From contig OZ025802.1 of assembly GCA_964019425.1 (NCBI GenBank), positions 992,001 through 1,056,000 on the forward strand: a stretch of 64,000 bases of DNA. Direction: 5' to 3'. The number at the start of each line of letters is the position of its first letter. Positions within the stretch are counted from its first letter, which is position 1. This DNA comes from Flectonema sp. DT1601. Its lineage: Eukaryota. Below the pieces are notes generated by a model. That model did no database searches, had not been told where the DNA came from, and saw nothing but the letters and a program-made list of their open reading frames with translations. This document shows, piece by piece, positions 61,821-64,000 of this stretch. The position numbers were made by a program, and so were the translations under genes.

Positions 61821-63425
61821 ATGGATAATAACATCGTTGGGATAACAAGAAAGGTTTTGGATAATGGACATCAAGTTGGACATATTTCTGGAAAATATTT
61901 TTCAGGAGTCTCTCACAGAGACGGAATCACTACAGTTGGAGTGACAGGAATAGCTACGAGAAACTGGATACTATTCCCGTCTTCTATACTATCACCGTTT
62001 GCTGATGGAGCACAGTCTGTTTGCGAAGGAGATGATGTCGACCTATTCATCAATAATGAATTACATAATATTTCTGTGACGAAAATAAAATCCATAAACA
62101 ACATGCGAATCCGTGGATGGGACAAACAAGAAACAGACAACACGAAACCAGAAATATACGACGGCAAGCAACTACTAAGTTATTGGAATGGCAGTCAGGA
62201 AAACCCTTCTGAGAAAACTCCGAAAATGCCCTTAATTAGTTGGGCAATAGGGACTATAACATCAGCCATCAGACCATCATCACAAAACCCAATCCACAGA
62301 GACACCAATCAAACAACTGTTAGTGGCAACATTCACGGGAATAACTCAAAAATACCTTTGTCTGGTTGCCTTCTGAAATCATGTCCTTACGCTTCTGTAA
62401 CCAATTTATTGGGACCCGTTGAAGAATCAGTCTCAAGAGAGGATTTTAAAATCGTTAATGAACACCCACATTTATTGTGTACCAGCAATACGGTGAGTCA
62501 TCCTGGATCTGAGGGTGGGGTCTTATCGCTTGATGGATCTGTTTTAGGGGTCATAGTGCAACCACCGCTACTTGATAATGCGGATACTTCACATTGTATT
62601 TATGTTTTGGATTTTAAATTGTTCGTGTCTTTGTTTAATATTTCTGTGGGTGATATTCAAAGTGACATTTTCAACCAAAACTCTGCTTTGAATGTGTTGA
62701 GAAGTGAAGGTCCGGTTTTTAAACAATTCGTAACAAAGATTCAACACGACGCATCATGGGGATCTGGTATATCAATTGGGAACAGAATGATAATAACAAA
62801 CGCACATGTTGTTGGAGATAGCAACATGGTAACAGTCAATGGAAGATTATCAAAAGTTAAATTTAAAAGCCAAGGAAGCCTTGACATTGCTTTAGTTGAA
62901 TGTGAATTGGAATTACCTTCAGCTGATTTTTCAAAGCCTGTGGTTGGAGAACGGGTTTATTCAGTTGGTTTCAGCAACGGTTCAGGTCAAGTACGACCAG
63001 CGATGCACTCGGGTACTATATTGGCAGTATTCCCTTCTTGTATTATAACATCAGCTATGACCATTCCTGGGAGCAGTGGGGGTGCTTTGATCAACGAGAG
63101 TGGAGCTGTTGTTGGATTGCTGACCTCATGTTTCTACGATACCTGTCTTTCCAAAATAGTACCATCTATCGGAATGGCTGTCCCATCTGAGCTCATATTA
63201 CCGTTATTAAAGAACCTTTCTGTGGAGTCGCTTTCGAAAATCTACAACATTTTCGATCACTCCATCGATTCAATTTGGTCTCTCTCTCAGGGTGATAACT
63301 CTGATTCCCTCCGCAGGCTTTCACTTCAAATTAAAGCAGCAAAATCCAACAAACCCATACCAAGTCTCCCTGATGGAGCACCAGGCTCAATGCTCAGCAA
63401 CTACATATTAAATGCTAAATTATAG
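61821..63425 (+). CDS. Trypsin-like serine protease, peroxisomal processing protease (TYSND1/DEG15)-like, with PTS1
   Basis: Degenerate first domain (PGSEGG) and intact second domain (WGSG, TNAHV, LDIAL, PGSSGG); ends -AKL. Confidence 0.8.
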   Translation: MDNNIVGITRKVLDNGHQVGHISGKYFSGVSHRDGITTVGVTGIATRNWILFPSSILSPFADGAQSVCEGDDVDLFINNELHNISVTKIKSINNMRIRGWDKQETDNTKPEIYDGKQLLSYWNGSQENPSEKTPKMPLISWAIGTITSAIRPSSQNPIHRDTNQTTVSGNIHGNNSKIPLSGCLLKSCPYASVTNLLGPVEESVSREDFKIVNEHPHLLCTSNTVSHPGSEGGVLSLDGSVLGVIVQPPLLDNADTSHCIYVLDFKLFVSLFNISVGDIQSDIFNQNSALNVLRSEGPVFKQFVTKIQHDASWGSGISIGNRMIITNAHVVGDSNMVTVNGRLSKVKFKSQGSLDIALVECELELPSADFSKPVVGERVYSVGFSNGSGQVRPAMHSGTILAVFPSCIITSAMTIPGSSGGALINESGAVVGLLTSCFYDTCLSKIVPSIGMAVPSELILPLLKNLSVESLSKIYNIFDHSIDSIWSLSQGDNSDSLRRLSLQIKAAKSNKPIPSLPDGAPGSMLSNYILNAKL

Positions 63426-63592
63426 TTCTGAGGGATGCAATTATGTTGTTTGTAACTCCTTATTGTTTGTTGATTACCTTCATATCAGTAATACTTAATA
63501 ATATGTTAGTAGTGGGGGTCAATTCGACATGTGTTTTGATCGGCGGTTCGATCCTCACGGCAGGAACATTTACGTATTGCTGCTGTCAGAGA

Positions 63593-64000
63593 ATGAGAGA
63601 CAAATATTTGTTGAGGCGAGTCCACAGGAGGTTACTGAGGAGGGCGTTGGAGTTGCAAGATGGAGAATTGTTATCAATTGCTAGTTGTGGGTTACCAAGC
63701 AAGCCTTTGATGAGTAGAGGTACTGAGGGAGACGCATCCCCAAGTCCAATGTTAGTTGCAACGATGGAATATTTATTTTCAAGAAGAACAAAATCAATGC
63801 AAAGTAAGGAATTCGAATCCTTTTCAAGATCTGGACCAGAATCGCTAACACCAATTGATTGCTGCGCTGCTGGAGCTTTGGCTTGTCTGTGGCCTGGAGT
63901 TTCAGCTAACAAGAGACATGTAATAATTTATATTTCAGGTTCTGGGTACTCCACTGGAAGCATTGAGACATCGAGAGCATTTGCAGGACAGCTTAGCAAA
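63593..64000 (+). CDS. Alpha/beta hydrolase (HSL/GDXG esterase-like), 3'-truncated by the window edge; not in the ORF track
   Basis: Open frame from ATG 63593 to the end: ...HVIIYISGSGYSTGSIETSRAFAGQLSK, matching the VILYxHGGGYxxGSxxTHR motif region. Confidence 0.65.
   Translation, partial: MRDKYLLRRVHRRLLRRALELQDGELLSIASCGLPSKPLMSRGTEGDASPSPMLVATMEYLFSRRTKSMQSKEFESFSRSGPESLTPIDCCAAGALACLWPGVSANKRHVIIYISGSGYSTGSIETSRAFAGQLSK

Noticed and set aside
63510..63570. GGTTCGATCC B-box suggesting a tRNA or tRNA-derived SINE
   Set aside because: The T-stem, anticodon arm and acceptor stem do not pair

Overview
Eukaryotic nuclear DNA, most likely a euglenozoan and plausibly a diplonemid (inference). 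The support is an alpha-tubulin tail ([14 protein letters not shown]) of the trypanosome type, all ~18 credible genes on the + strand, U-rich AG sites before ATGs consistent with SL trans-splicing, and frequent GT-AG cis-introns, which trypanosomatids largely lack. Genes in order: a giant multi-VWA/Cys-repeat type I membrane protein (5'-truncated), cytosolic HSP70, a PMS1-type MutL homologue with a young tandem repeat, a protein with four phytochelatin-synthase-like modules, alpha-tubulin, a ~3400-aa LamG/EGF/TIG multi-TM receptor-like protein, a HERP-like membrane protein, SF3B2, a myosin, a small Ser/Lys-rich protein, a PTS1-bearing HAD-IIA phosphatase, a coiled-coil protein, a membrane cyclase-like protein, a PH/coiled-coil protein, an FHA-PPP phosphatase, CCT1, a second coiled-coil protein, a TYSND1/DEG15-like protease, and a 3'-truncated alpha/beta hydrolase absent from the ORF track. 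I reconstructed 13 introns by hand from frame continuity. The main unexplained signals are (1) all 13 cis-introns end in an A/C-rich tract plus CAG, often able to pair with a U-rich 5' half, whereas the putative trans-splice acceptors are U-rich, and (2) a small dispersed repeat family (three copies, one intronic, one flanked by direct repeats and carrying a pseudoknot). All family calls come from motif recognition by eye; no searches were run.
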